In this document: positions 27,291 to 39,350 of the stretch, piece after piece | How the letters are laid out: every line of letters begins with the position of its first letter | Position numbering within the stretch: the first letter of the stretch is position 1 | Assembly: GCF_036321535.1 (NCBI RefSeq) | Contig: NC_087436.1 | Coordinates: 100,008,001 to 100,072,000, forward strand | Reading direction: 5' to 3' | Length of the DNA: 64,000 nucleotides | DNA from: Camelus dromedarius | Lineage: Eukaryota | The notes under the pieces: generated by a model | The model's input: the letters and a program-made list of their open reading frames with translations, nothing else | The model's database searches: none | Told to the model about the DNA's origin: nothing | Position numbers and translations under genes: made by a program

Positions 27291-27421
27291 CCTTGTAATA
27301 GCCTATAATGAAAAAGAATATGAAAAGGAATATATATATGTACATGAATTACTCTGCTGTACACCAGAAATAAACACAACATTGGAAACCGACTATACTT
27401 CAATTAAAAAAAAAAAGCTTG
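27291..27421 (+). mobile_element. Short 5'-truncated L1 3' end with 19-bp TSD
   Basis: GCCTATAATGAAAAAGAATATG...TATACTTCAATT followed by poly-A; TAAACTCTTTAATGGAAGA at 27272-27290 and 27422-27440. Confidence 0.9.
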
Positions 27422-29417
27422 TAAACTCTTTAATGGAAGAAACCACATTTGCCCAACTTTACATGCCTGTTATCCATCACAGGGGTTCATACATAGTAGT
27501 CCTGCCACTTGTTGGCTATGCAAAATTGGAAAGACAGTTTATTTCACTCTGTCTCAAGACGTATCTGTAAAGTGAGGGATAGTTGAAAAGTATACATCCT
27601 AGAACAAAGTGAAGGATAAGAGAGAGGAGAGCAAGACTGGGAAGATAATCAGCAGATAGCTTGAGTGTGAAGTAGTTGAAAAACTGTCCTGTTGAATTTG
27701 TTATGTAATAAAATATTGCCACAGTATTTTCATGGGCTATAGAGAGAGACTCTTTCTCTTACAAATTCACGTATGACAGAGAAAGAGAGAATTAACATAC
27801 AGTAATTATTAATTAAGAAGAGCATGAGATCTTGGGGTGGGTTAGACAATAGTCAGTTAATGGTTGCATGTTGACAAAATTTTTGATTGGTGGTCTCTAA
27901 GGGAACTATTTTACCCCTTAGGCTGAAGAAGAAAATTCTAGGAATTCTGTTCATGATTACAAATATATAGTTATAGCTACTTAATTTACAATTTAAAATA
28001 GTAAATAAGTTTTAACTACATTTATCATATGAATTTTTAAAATGAGTTTATAAGTCATACCTAAGTTTAGGTTAGAATAAAAATACATGTTAGGAATGTA
28101 AGCATCTCAAGAGGAGAGGGATTATTTTAGTTTTATAGTTTTATTTTATGTAGCGCTTATACAGATTAAACAACTGATCATAGATTGCAAGATGATTCTC
28201 AGCGTCTATTTCTCTTGACTTGTGATAAAGAAATACTATACCATTTAGCTGGAATAAAGTCAAAGGTAATGATAGAAATAAAACAATTTAGGCTCAAATT
28301 ATGTGTTTATACCACTATTGGTGAAATAATATCCTAGTGTCTATAGAACTCTGTACCAGCTGTGGGAACAAAGAATGGCTAAAATTGTGACTTGAAGGAT
28401 AGAGTAAAAAAGAAAATAGAAATTCTTAAAACAATGCATTCTTTGCTACCTATGAACTATTGCAAACTAGGGAAACTGTCATCAGCAATATGCTCTAGAT
28501 ATAACCTTTAATCATTTCTCAGGATCGCATGAACTTTGAAAATGTCAAGGAACAAGTACGATAGCCTTTTCAGAATAGAATTTGGGTGCCTGTAGTCATC
28601 CCAGGAAGAGTTTTTAAGAAATCATCACTGTGTTTTTCAACAAATGCAGTTAGAATATGAAATTGGATTTTTCTTTTGGATAGCTATGCAATTGACAGAC
28701 TTGTGTAGCCATTCTATTAAACTTTCTATCTGACCTGTGAAATTTAGGAAAGCATAGTATTGTGACATTGTATGTAATTTAATTATCTTGAAAAAGCAAT
28801 GCTACAGTGAAAAGTAATTTTAAATTACTTCTTGGTTATAACTTGGTTGATTCAAGGAGAAAAAGGTCCCATTTTTCTGAACATATCCTTATATAAAAAA
28901 TATAACTATTTCCATACTACATTTTCATCTCCTTTTTCAAATATTTATAACCAAACACAAATAAAACGTGAAATGAATCTTTGATAATATTTGTTTTGCT
29001 TGATTGAACTGTTGCCTTAAAGCCCTCATAAATGAAAGACTGTTAATAGTAGGAGTGGCAGGAGGAGTGGAAACTGCTTTGTGTCTTTGAGTAATGACAC
29101 CAAGAAAAAGCACAGTGTACTATTACTGCTTCTATTCTGTCTTAGCACAGTCATGTCTTAGAGTGGTGAACCACATAAGGTATTTTATGAGCTCAAATTA
29201 TTTATAGCAATAGCCTAATCATTTGGGTCTAGTAGACCCCACTTACATAGCCTCGAAGATGGAATCTAAATTGAAAATATAATTCATATAACTGCATGAT
29301 GATTAAAAGACAACATCTGATGTATTGACAACGAGTCTGAGCTAATGATTTCAGAAATATAAAATGATGCACGATTCGATAATGATATTTATCTCTCCTG
29401 GTATTTTCACAGGAAGG

Positions 29418-29783
29418 TTACTCTGGTTTGAATATTTGTTTTCCCCCAAAATTTGAATGTTGAAATTCTAATGCCCGTCGTGTTGCTGCTTGAAGGTGGG
29501 CCTATTGGGAGGTGCTTAGGTGATGAGGGTGGAGCCCTAAGGAAGAAAGTTAGTGCTCTTTGAAAAGAGATCCCACGGAACTCTCTTGCCTCTTCCACAT
29601 GTGAGGAAACAGTGATCAGCTGGCAGTCTACAACCCAGAAAAGTACCTTTATCAGAACCATAATCATATTGGTGCCCTGATCTTGAACTTCCTTCCTCCA
29701 GATCTGTGAGAAATAACTTTCTGTTGTTTATAAGATACCCAGTCTATGATATTTTGTTGTAAGAGCCTGAACAGATGAAGACA
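29418..29783 (+). mobile_element. MaLR solo LTR (MLT1A-like)
   Basis: TGGTTTGAAT...CCCCCAAAATT...GAGGGTGGAGCCCT...CTGTGAGAAATAA...GAAGACA. Confidence 0.88.
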
Positions 29784-30504
29784 GTGTTGGAAGCTCACCT
29801 AAGATAGAAACTAGTGACCACATCACTCTTGAGGTAGACAAGCTTATTCTTCATAGGTTCTTATTTATTTTCTCAACCAATATTTTGCAAGCATGCTTGC
29901 AAACAAAAAGATCTGTTGCATTAAAAAAATGATCTTTCACATGAACATAAAATAATACTGGGACACAAAGAATTGAGGAATAGAGTGACCATGTAACTAG
30001 TAATAGGGATAACAGAAGCTGCTATTTCTGGAAAAAAAATTACTAAAAACTTAATCAAACTTTCTGGTAAGAATATTTTAGATCAGTGATTTCCAGCATC
30101 ACACTTTTTGAGTGGTAATTTTTTGTTTCCAAATTGCTTGGTTGCAGAGGAATTAGGAAGAGGGTCTAGTGTGCTGTGAGGCTAATCATCTCAAAGAGGG
30201 CAGACTGCCAGTTGTTAAGGGATAACCAGCACCCAAGATCTTTTTTGTTTTTGTGGAAGTGTTGCTGGCCACATCCTCTCCTCAATGTCTATGGGAGATG
30301 GAGGTGGAAGTTGGCCTGATTTCTAAAGAAAATCACTCTACAAGCCGTCTCAAGACTGGCACTTTGGAGATTCTGCTAGAGGCAAAATGCTTTGGAAAGG
30401 AATATCTCTGTTATATCTCTATTTTCCAGAGTTTTGTTATACACACACAGACAGGTGACATCACAAAAAGCACACACTAGCAGACATATTTGTGGAATAG
30501 AAGG

Positions 30505-31110
30505 GTGTTTTATGAAATAATTTATATAATCAAAATATATCAAAAGAATTGAAAAAAAAGCTCATATAGACAATACCCAAGATTAGAATTCACAGACTAC
30601 AAATACATTTGAAGTCTTGTATGTCCCTTTCCTGAACAGATTCTCCTGTCTCCTAGGAACTAACCACTATCCTTATTCCCATGCATTTTCATACATATCT
30701 TCATGTTTTACTACATTTAAATTCATCCCTAATGAATTTATTTTAACATATTCTTGATTAGTATGTACTGTTTGTCTTTTGATAATCTAAGTCCATGTTA
30801 CCTTTATTTCAAACTTGCTTTCTTCACTCCTAATTTGTTATATTTGTTTATGTTGATATGTACAGCTATAGTTTATTTTATTTTGATTCCCATCTACTAT
30901 TCTACTGCATAAATATTCTACAGTATATCTACCTATTCTACTGGTGTGAGTTAGTCCCTCTTCCTTCACTTTTTAACACTTGTAACTTTTTTTATTACAA
31001 GCCTCCAGGTTTCTCTGGGATTACATAATTATATAACCTATTACTGGGTTATAGTATATGCACATCTTTATCTTTACTGAATATTTTAAGAATATACTCT
31101 GTAAGTACTC
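30505..31110 (-). mobile_element. Old L1ME-like 3' fragment
   Basis: Antisense L1 3' motifs (TAACCACTATCCT, TGTTGATATGTACAGCTATAGTTTATT). Confidence 0.55.
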
Positions 31111-31147
31111 CAATGAGTATTATAGAGAGGAGTTTTAGAGTTGATGG

Positions 31148-31197
31148 ATATTATATTATATTATATTATATTATATTATATTATATTATATTATATT
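31148..31197. repeat. (ATATT)10 microsatellite
   Basis: Units counted directly in the sequence. Confidence 0.97.
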
Positions 31198-32388
31198 AAA
31201 TATTGCAGGCACAGATGAGGGTATTATTTTTGGAAACAGACATGCAAATCTATAACTAAACTGGAAATAAATAAACTTCCTAAATTCCTTTAAATGCATC
31301 TACCTTTCAAAGTACTTGTTCACCAACATCCAGAAAACATACTTTCTGATTAAAATCAGATTTGATTTATTTCCATCACCAATTTACTTGCTGACCAATT
31401 AATATTGTTAATTTGGTCAAATCTAAATCATATTAGCAACAATTACATTTGCATTTATTAGTTCATTTTTTGTATCTTTGAATATTGAAGTATCCAATTT
31501 TTTGAAAGAATTTGAGTCAGATCTGAACAGAAACTTTAAACTTTTAAAATTGCTAGTGGCTGCGGAAATATTTTCAAAATAAATTTTCACTATTTCCTAC
31601 ACATTTGTGATTGCATTTACATTTAAACATATTTCCTCTGCTCTAACCCCATTGGACATAATTAATTAGATGCTTCCAATGTTTCAAAATTACTATGTCT
31701 TTTAAAAAGATTGAGATTATGATTCTAGACATTTAACTTGTAAATTTCTACCTCTTGAAAAAATGATATTAAAATTATATGGGAAATGTAGCACTAAGCA
31801 CTTTTCTTCTGCACATGTCATGACAAATATTAGCATTGTGTACCTTCAGCATAAATAGAGTTGACAAATTGTCAGAACTCATAAATGCATAGAGTTAAAG
31901 AAGTTTCTTGAAATTGTCTCATCCTTCCTTGTAAAAGTTTTTCTTCTTGAATTACTAACAAACACAGGTAGAAGTGAAGTGTTAATAGTAAAGAGTAACA
32001 AAAGGGAGGTTGATCAGATATTTTTATTTTTTAAGACTATTATTAGTTTGATTGCCTTCATGATTTCATCATTTAGGTGAGTATCTTAGGGCAATTGTAC
32101 ACTAACAAATCAAAGAATTACAAATACAATGGTGCCAGTCTTTCATTTCAGTCACTATGTCTGTAGTAATAATTGTACAGAAAAAGGAACAATCATATTT
32201 GTCTAAATTCCACTCAATTAAACTCTCCTGAGGAATTCAAAATCTTGACTTCTTGAAAAATAATGTGCCTCATTGTGAATTTAAAATGTCTTTTCACTGT
32301 ATCTCAGCACTAGAGAACGTATTTTAAGTTCTTAAAATATTTCTGGGTAAATTTCAAACACAATCGTGTAGCATGTGAATATTACCCA

Positions 32389-32936
32389 GAGGTAGGCAGA
32401 ATTATAGTCTCCAAAAATGTCTATAAAAAATCATCCCCAAAGAGGCTCAGATGTTTTTAAGCCTTGGAATCTGTGAATGTGCTAGCTTCTGTGTGTGACA
32501 AAGAAGGAAATGACTTAAGGTTTTGGATGAAATTAATACTGCTAATCACCTGACCTTAAAATTGAGAGATTGTCCTGGATTATTCAAGTGGGATCAGTGC
32601 AACCACAATGATTCTTAAAAGTAGAAGGGGGAGAGGAAGAGGAAAACCGGAGGGACTGTCACATGTGCAGGACTTGGCCCAACATTGCTGGCTTTGAAAA
32701 TAGAGGAAGAAGATGGGCCATGAGCCAAGGCATGTAGGCAGCCTCAGGAAACTGAAACAGGCAAGGAAATGGATTTTCTCCTAGACCCCAGAGGAGACAT
32801 AGACCTGCACTTGCCACACCTAGATTTTAGCCTAGAGATACATTATGAGGGTCTGGCCTCCAGAATTTAAGATAATAAATTCGTATAGTGAAGACACTAA
32901 TTTTATGATATTTTTTACAGCAGTAATAGGAAACCC
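32389..32936 (+). mobile_element. MaLR solo LTR (MLT1D-like)
   Basis: GGTAGGCAGAAT...TGCTAATCACCTGACCTTAAAAT...TTGCTGGCTTTGAA...GGCAAGGAAATGGATTTTC...TACAGCAGTAATAGGAAAC. Confidence 0.88.
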
Positions 32937-33320
32937 CAGAGGATAGTTAAGGTTTTTTATGTGTAGCATTTATGGTATTTCAATGAATAGAACATCCATC
33001 TACAAATATTTTACGTTTTGGAATGTTTATTTGAGTCAAGAAACTTATTCCCTATTCAGTCAAAATTCACAGACATAATATTTTACTCAGAATCTTGAAT
33101 TACCGCATAACCACAGAATTTAGAGACAGGCTGCACATTAATTCTGGGTAAATCTGTCTTCTGTTCTTAGCACTTCATCGTTAATGCTTCTTTTCAGTGG
33201 ACAGAATTCACTTGCTGCTCCAATATTCTCCAATTCTTTTTCTTTGTGTGTGCCACTTTGGCATAACTCCCCTTATATTCCCCCTACAACTTAGCTTTAA
33301 AAATTTCAATACACTTGTCT

Positions 33321-33410
33321 CAGAGTTCAAAATTTATAGATACTGGCAGCCATATGTAGAATAGATAAACAAGATTATACTGTACAGCACAGGGAAATAT
33401 ATACAAGATC
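33321..33410 (+). mobile_element. Internal L1 3'UTR fragment without poly-A
   Basis: TTCAAAATT...GTAGAATAGA...TACTGTACAGCACAGGGAAATATATACAA aligns to 3171-3222 of the window's young L1. Confidence 0.8.
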
Positions 33411-33815
33411 CGATTGTCCAACTTGTGTTTCATTTTCTCAAACATCCCTTTTCCTGGTGCTAATCATCTAATCCAGGATAAGGCAATAATAAAAGCAAAT
33501 CCTTTGTTTCATGAATAGATAAGAACACTTTCTTAACACAATTGTATGACTATAATGCTTAGAAATTCAAATGATCTCATTAAGTCTAAATTACTCAAAT
33601 TCAGCCATCTCTGGTTCCTGTAGGAAACAGCTCATTCCTGAAGACATAAGTATTTTCTACTTGTTTTAATCTGAAGATTAAACACTCAAGCCAGGCAGTT
33701 GTAGTCTTTCAGTGCACATCCTATAACACTGGACCACGTGGATGGGTCTCCAAGACCAGGAAATGCAAGCTAAAGAATCCTTTTCAGCGAAAATAAGCAG
33801 TAAACCACCCTCAAG

Positions 33816-33875
33816 CAAAAAAAAAAAAAAAAAGAAAGAAAGAAAAAAAAAAGAAAAAGAAAAAAGAAAAAAAAA
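33816..33875. repeat. A-rich tract (poly-A / AAAG)
   Basis: Seen directly. Confidence 0.9.
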
Positions 33876-34079
33876 GTAATCACGGCAAAATGAAAATTTA
33901 AAAGAAAAGTGAAATTCTAAGTTAAGATTAAATGGATTATTTGTTTAAACAAAGAAAATAGATTGTTGGTAAGCTCCACTGTTTAGCTTCTAAACCAGGA
34001 ACATCCCATCAAATTTGTCAGAAGAAAAGCACACTGATCAAGGGTGACAGGCAGGTAAGAGTCCACTTGGTAGACTTGC

Positions 34080-34560
34080 ATTGCTGCCACCCCACATATT
34101 CTAAAGGAAGGCCTGTCTTCAGAGCTAGCCCTTGGCTGGCTTGGGAAAAGCTCTTGGGATCTGCTTGATAAGATTACTTTTATACACTCGAGGCATTGGG
34201 CCATGCTCACCTAGGTTGACCAGATACATGTATCCATGACCAGCTGCAGGTGAATGCCTGTTTTGCTTTGGGATAAAGGGTGGCTGGAGTCTGAGAAGCT
34301 TAAGTCAGTCACATGACAGTGCTTCACATGTATTATCACTTGTACCCTCTGCTGGGAGAATTAAGGGCATACCTGGATGACGCCATCGGCTGGGGACACC
34401 TGAAAGGTTGCACCTGGTTTCTCTAGACTTCAACTCATGCACCTTTTCACTTTGCTGATTCTGAACAGTGTCCTGTGTTACATGAGTGTAACAGATTTAT
34501 TCAGACTAGTAAGGTCTTCTAGCAAATTACAGAACTGAGGTTGGTCTTGGGACCCTGACA
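34080..34560 (+). mobile_element. ERVL-class LTR (MER21/MER68-like)
   Basis: TGCTGGGAGAATTAAG...TGCACCTGGTTTCTCTAGACTT...CTTTGCTGATT...GAACTGAGGTTGGTCTTGGGACCCTGACA end. Confidence 0.75.
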
Positions 34561-37009
34561 TAGATGAGAAGAAGAATATTATGGTATAATAATGTTTATT
34601 TTCTTTTACTTAGAAATAAGATATTTCTCATTTAATGAAAGTCCTAGGCCCCAGTTACTGTGCCCATGAAAACTTTAACATCATTTAGTCAAAATAAAAT
34701 GAACAAGCACCAAAAATTATGGCAGTGAATTTTCCTAGTTCTATGTTATATAAATAGCAAAGATGATCATATTCACTCAAAAATAAAAGCATTAAGGAAA
34801 TTAGGGCAACAAGGACTATCTGCCTCTTATAGTATAAAATTTGATATGATTTTTTTTTCTGTTCCTCACAGGAGCTCATCATTTATCATATAATGTAAAT
34901 AAGTGAAACCAGAGTCTCATATGCTTAATTCCAATTTATAGTAAATTTTATAGAAGTATTTTTAGAGATGTGACAGATATGTAATGTAGATTGATGCTGG
35001 AGACCTATTTGAATTTTCTTTGAGCGTGCATTCATGTATAGGAGGCGCTAAGAATCTAAAACTCTATTTCCCAAATGCCTCTGCAGCTAGTTTTCTGGGT
35101 ACACTTTAGCTTACTCACATGACATCAATTCAGATTTGAATTAAGGGAACAGGGAGGGGGAAGCTGAGGTGTCTCTTGCATTGACCAGATCAGGAAAGAA
35201 ACAGTGCAGTGTGTCGTCTCTGCTCTCTGATTCCAAGTTTTGTGTTTGCTTGTTTGTTTTCTGCAATGGATGCTGTGATCCTGGCTCAAGCAGTTTTATC
35301 TGGAAGGTGAAATCATTCCTGAAAGTGTGGCCAGAACCTTTGTTTTAATATACGTCCAATGATTTTGCATCCTCCTAACACTGGGTAATAAATCCCTTTT
35401 GATTTCAATTTGCCAGAAAATTTTCAATTGCCTAAAAGCAAAAATCAAGGGATTCAATATTTGGAGGAAAAGAGTCACCTTTAACTTATGCTGCTTCATG
35501 GCTTTACTTGAACATTGTTCAAAAAAGAAAAAAAGAAAAAAAGAGAACATCAGCATTTCACAGAATTTTCATTCCAGTGTTTTCTTCTTCAATAGAACAC
35601 AACCAGTTGCCATGCCAATTTACCTAATGAATTCATAACCTACCAGAGTTAGCTCTACTCACATAAAAGGCAAAGTCAAAGCTGATGCACAGCTTTGTTC
35701 CAAAAGGCTCTTTATATTTAGTTCAACAATGCAGGAAACTCAAGATAAAAATGATATTATTAACTGAATAGTTCTCTGTTAAAACCATAAAGTGGTCATG
35801 CCAACATGAGAGTCCCTTTAAAGTACCCACTGCAAACCATTTATTTCTTCACCTCTGTCAGAAGCTCTGGAAAGCGTCAACATTGGTACATAACAGAAGC
35901 AGCCCACTTTCTGTAGCCGACAACAAAGAAACAGCCGGGAACCCATGCTGAATCACAGGCCAGAAAAACTCGTGCTATTCTCGAGCAGCGCCCCCAACCC
36001 CACACCTTCGGTACTTCCTAACCTAGATTTCTGAGCGAAGGACAACCATGGCTCGTACGTTGGCTTCAGGTGTCTCAAATAATCTAAGATCTCCTAAGAC
36101 ATCCAACTAAAGTCAGATTAAGAGCCCGGGTCTCCAGAAACTCTTCTACTGGCAAAGTTATTTACATTTCAGTGCCCGTGATCTGTAAATAAAACTGAAG
36201 AGTCATGAGAATGGAAACCTGTTGTCTTAGGAAAATTGTTTTACAAGAGAGGCCTGAAGGGCCCTTGCCTTTTTCTAACATATGTTTTATGATCTTTGTT
36301 GCAAAGAAGGAGCATGTTTATTTATAGCCTGTCCTTTACTTATCCAAGTTATTAGTAAAATTTTATTCTGAAAATAGTAAACGTAAGGCTTTAAACTTTA
36401 ACCTTCAATATATATAGTTAATTTCATTGGTGAATGAGAAAAACAAAGATTGAGGAAGCAAAGGCAATTTTAGTTACCAAATAGTGAAAAATGGGAACAG
36501 TACCAAACACTATAATCAAAAACACTGGTAGCAAATATAACTATAATCTTCTAAATGACCCAGGTAATATATGTATGTAAGTTGAAAAAAAATAATAGTG
36601 ATAAAATATTTTGAAATAGTGTTTGGACATTTAAATTTGTTTCTTAAAATAATAGGAAATGTAAGAAAAAACAGTATTTGTGCATCTTCTGGACTCTAAA
36701 AGTAAAGTGTATGTGTGGCCTTTCTCACTTCTCAGTAACCACAGCACATTGTAAAATCTCTCACCGTCATGTAAGTCCCATTTTAAGTGAGCAGAAAAAC
36801 TATCCATGTACATTTACTTTGGGTTTCCCTGCAGAATGTAGGATGTGATATAGAGTTGACTCTTGAACAATGCTGAAGTTAGGCATAACTAATATTATTA
36901 TGAAAACAGATTAGGCTTTTTGGACCCCCAATATATTCTTGGGGACCATCGGAATTAGTAGGAATTGAGGACTCTTGAACTATGAAGAAACTGAACTATG
37001 AAGCTTTCC

Positions 37010-37290
37010 AAAATTAAGACAGTGAATAGATAACAGAGGCTAAATGACAAGAGGAAACTGAACTGGAGGTACCAGTGAGGCAGAAGAAAAATTAAAAGGA
37101 TAGTTGTTTTGAAAGTCATGAGAAGAATATATATGAAAGGACAAGGGGGAACCCAGCCATGGGAGAAGGTGAAGATTCAGTATAATTCTTGGATTTAGCC
37201 TCATGCTGGTCATTAGTGATCTTGACAAGGACAGTTTTGGTGGAATAGTAGATGTGAAATCCTGATTAGAGTTTAAATCCTGATTAAAAT
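37010..37290 (-). mobile_element. L2 internal fragment
   Basis: TTGGATTTAGC...GGTCATTAGTGATCTTGACAAGGACAGTTTTGGTGGA. Confidence 0.7.
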
Positions 37291-37323
37291 AATATTAAGA
37301 TCTTTTTTCTTTTATTGAAATGA

Positions 37324-37426
37324 CTGTGTAGACATTTGCACTGATGGTGCAAAAGCAAAGTAAAAGTGCGAGCATTTTAGCATGAATGAAGGAAGGGCAC
37401 CAAACGATACCAGCAGTTACTCATAT
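37324..37426 (+). mobile_element. hAT-Charlie (Charlie1-like) transposase fragment
   Basis: TGTGTAGACATTTGCACTGATGGTGCAAAAGCA translates to CVDICTDGAKA, the hAT TDGA motif, and decays towards the CxxH region. Confidence 0.8.
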
Positions 37427-37427
37427 T

Positions 37428-38405
37428 TATTTTTTTCATGGCTTGATAGCTCATTTCTTTTTAGTTCTGGATAACTCTGTTGTCTGTACCACAGTTTGTT
37501 TATCCATGTACCTGAAGGACTTCTTGGTTGCCTCCAAGTTTTGGCAATGATGAATAAAGCTGTGTAAACATTATGTTATGTTGTTTTAATTTACTCTTCA
37601 CCAATGACATATGATGTGGAACATCTTTCGTTTGCTTGTTTGTCATCTGTATGACTTCTGTAGTGTCTGTTAAGGTCTTTGGTCAATTTTTTAATCAGGT
37701 GTTTTTTTCTTACTCTTGAGTTTTGAGGGTTCTTTATATATTTTTGTTATCAGCCTTTAATCAAATGTGTACTTAGGAAATATTTTCTTTCAGACTGAGG
37801 CTTGTCTGTCTTCTAATTCTCTTGTTATTGTCTTTTTAATAGTAAAAGCTTTTTTTTGTTTTATTTTGTTTTGCTTTTTTTTTTTTTTAATTTTAGGATT
37901 CTTTCTTTCCGGGACTGTGCCTTTGGTGTTCTAGCTAAAAAAGTATCACTATACCCATGGTCACCTAGGTTTTCTTCTATGTCATCTTCTAAGACTTTCA
38001 TAGTTTTGTTTTACATTTAGGTCTGCTATCCATTTTGGGTTAATTTTTGTGGAAAGTATAAGGCCTGTGTCTAGATTTATTTATTTTGTTTGCATTGGGG
38101 TGTCCAGTTTTTCCAGAACGAATTATTGAAAAGACTATATTTGCACCATTATATGTCCTTTGATTCAATTCCAAAAATCTGTTGACTGTATTTATGAGTC
38201 TATTTCTGGGTTCCCTGTTTTGTTCTATTCATCTAATTGTCTATTCTTTCACCAATACCAGTACAACACTGTCCTGATTACTGCAGATTTATCAGTCTGA
38301 ATGTTCAGTATGTCAGTTGTCCAACTTTGTTCTTCTTCAATATTGTGTTGGCTGTATTGAGATTTTTTGCCTTTCCTAAGCTTTAGAATCAGTTTATAGA
38401 TGTTG
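37428..38405 (-). mobile_element. L1MC-like ORF2 end / proximal 3'UTR, inverted segment
   Basis: CATGGCTTGATAGCTCATTTC, CCAAGTTTTGGCAATGATGAATAAAGCT and CCAATACCA...CTGATTACTG. Confidence 0.85.
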
Positions 38406-38419
38406 TAAGTGATTACCTT

Positions 38420-38630
38420 AAGAAAACTATGGACTTTGGTTGATAATGATGTGTCCAAGTTAGTTCATCAGTTGTACCAAATATGCCACACTGATGGTGG
38501 ATGTTGAGGGTAGGGAAGTATATATATGTGGGTGGGAAGGGCTATGTAGGAACTCTCTGTATTTTCTACTCAGTTCTGCTATGACCCTGAAACTGCTCTA
38601 AAAAATAAACTATATTAAAAAAAAGAAAAT
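38420..38630 (+). mobile_element. L1MC-like 3' terminus with A-tail
   Basis: AAACTATGGACTTTGG...TGAAACTGCTCTAAAAAATAAACTATATTAAAAAAAA; homologous to 44895-45090. Confidence 0.85.
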
Positions 38631-39222
38631 GTAAAAATGGTTGTAAATGTTAACCTAGGTATTTTTGGAAAATCCAAATAAATCATACAAAGCATTGTAA
38701 CATAAATAATTTACATTGTTGTTTCCTGTTACTTCCAAGTTGCACTGACTAATAGAGGTTACAAGTATCTTTGTACCTTCAGGCCAAAGATTTGAATCAT
38801 TTCTCCAGTACTTCAGTTTGTTGTGGGTTCCTGGTTTTTTGACATGTAGGTTTAAAGAAACTTGATGCTTACTACTATAAGCCATGTATCTGGTATATTT
38901 AACAGCACGTAAATTTATGGCGGAGATAAAGAAACCCAGCCTACCTAAAAGCACCACAGTGCTATCCATTTCCTTCAAATGAATACAGATATCCCACAAA
39001 CATGGCTCAACATGTTGGTTAAAAGTCATAACTGGGCAAGAAGACAATGTCATACAGAGCATGATTTGATTTTTTTTTTTCATTCTTTCTAGGGAAAAGA
39101 GGAGATTTCTAGTGTTTACCTTTAGGCACTCAGATGTACTACTTTGTAGCCTTCAGCAAAGCTACCTGTTTCTACTTATGCTGCTCAGGTGTCTGATTTT
39201 AAAAGAGATAATAAATATTTCA

Positions 39223-39350
39223 GGGGGAGGGTGTAGCTCAAGTGGTAGGCTGCATGCTTAGCATATACAAGGTCCTGGGTTCAATCCCCAGTACTTCCTC
39301 TAAAAATAAATAAATCAGCCTAACTTCTACCCACCCCCCCCAAAAAAAAA
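39223..39350 (+). mobile_element. tRNA-derived SINE (camelid Vic-1-like) with 10-bp TSD
   Basis: A-box TAGCTCAAGTGG, B-box GGGTTCAATCCCC, C-rich then A tail; TSD AAATATTTCA at 39213-39222 and 39351-39360. Confidence 0.93.

Noticed and set aside
28524..28564. Possible micro-exon after TTTCTCAG reading DRMNFENVKEQ
   Set aside because: Weak donor (GTACGA), no recognisable protein and no partner exons in the window.
32385..32942. 8-bp direct repeat CCCAGAGG flanking the MLT1D, suggesting re-mobilisation
   Set aside because: It overlaps the decayed LTR termini and MaLR TSDs are 5 bp; more simply explained by divergence.
36850..36950. Tigger TIR-like and Charlie-end-like scraps
   Set aside because: Too short and degenerate to delimit as features by eye.
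38655..39083. 142-aa minus-strand ORF
   Set aside because: No recognisable domain, non-canonical start and no splice or codon-bias support; likely chance.
39223..39300. tRNA gene (likewise 23311-23385)
   Set aside because: A/B boxes are present but the cloverleaf is degenerate. Both copies share an unrelated tail and one has a TSD, so they are SINEs.
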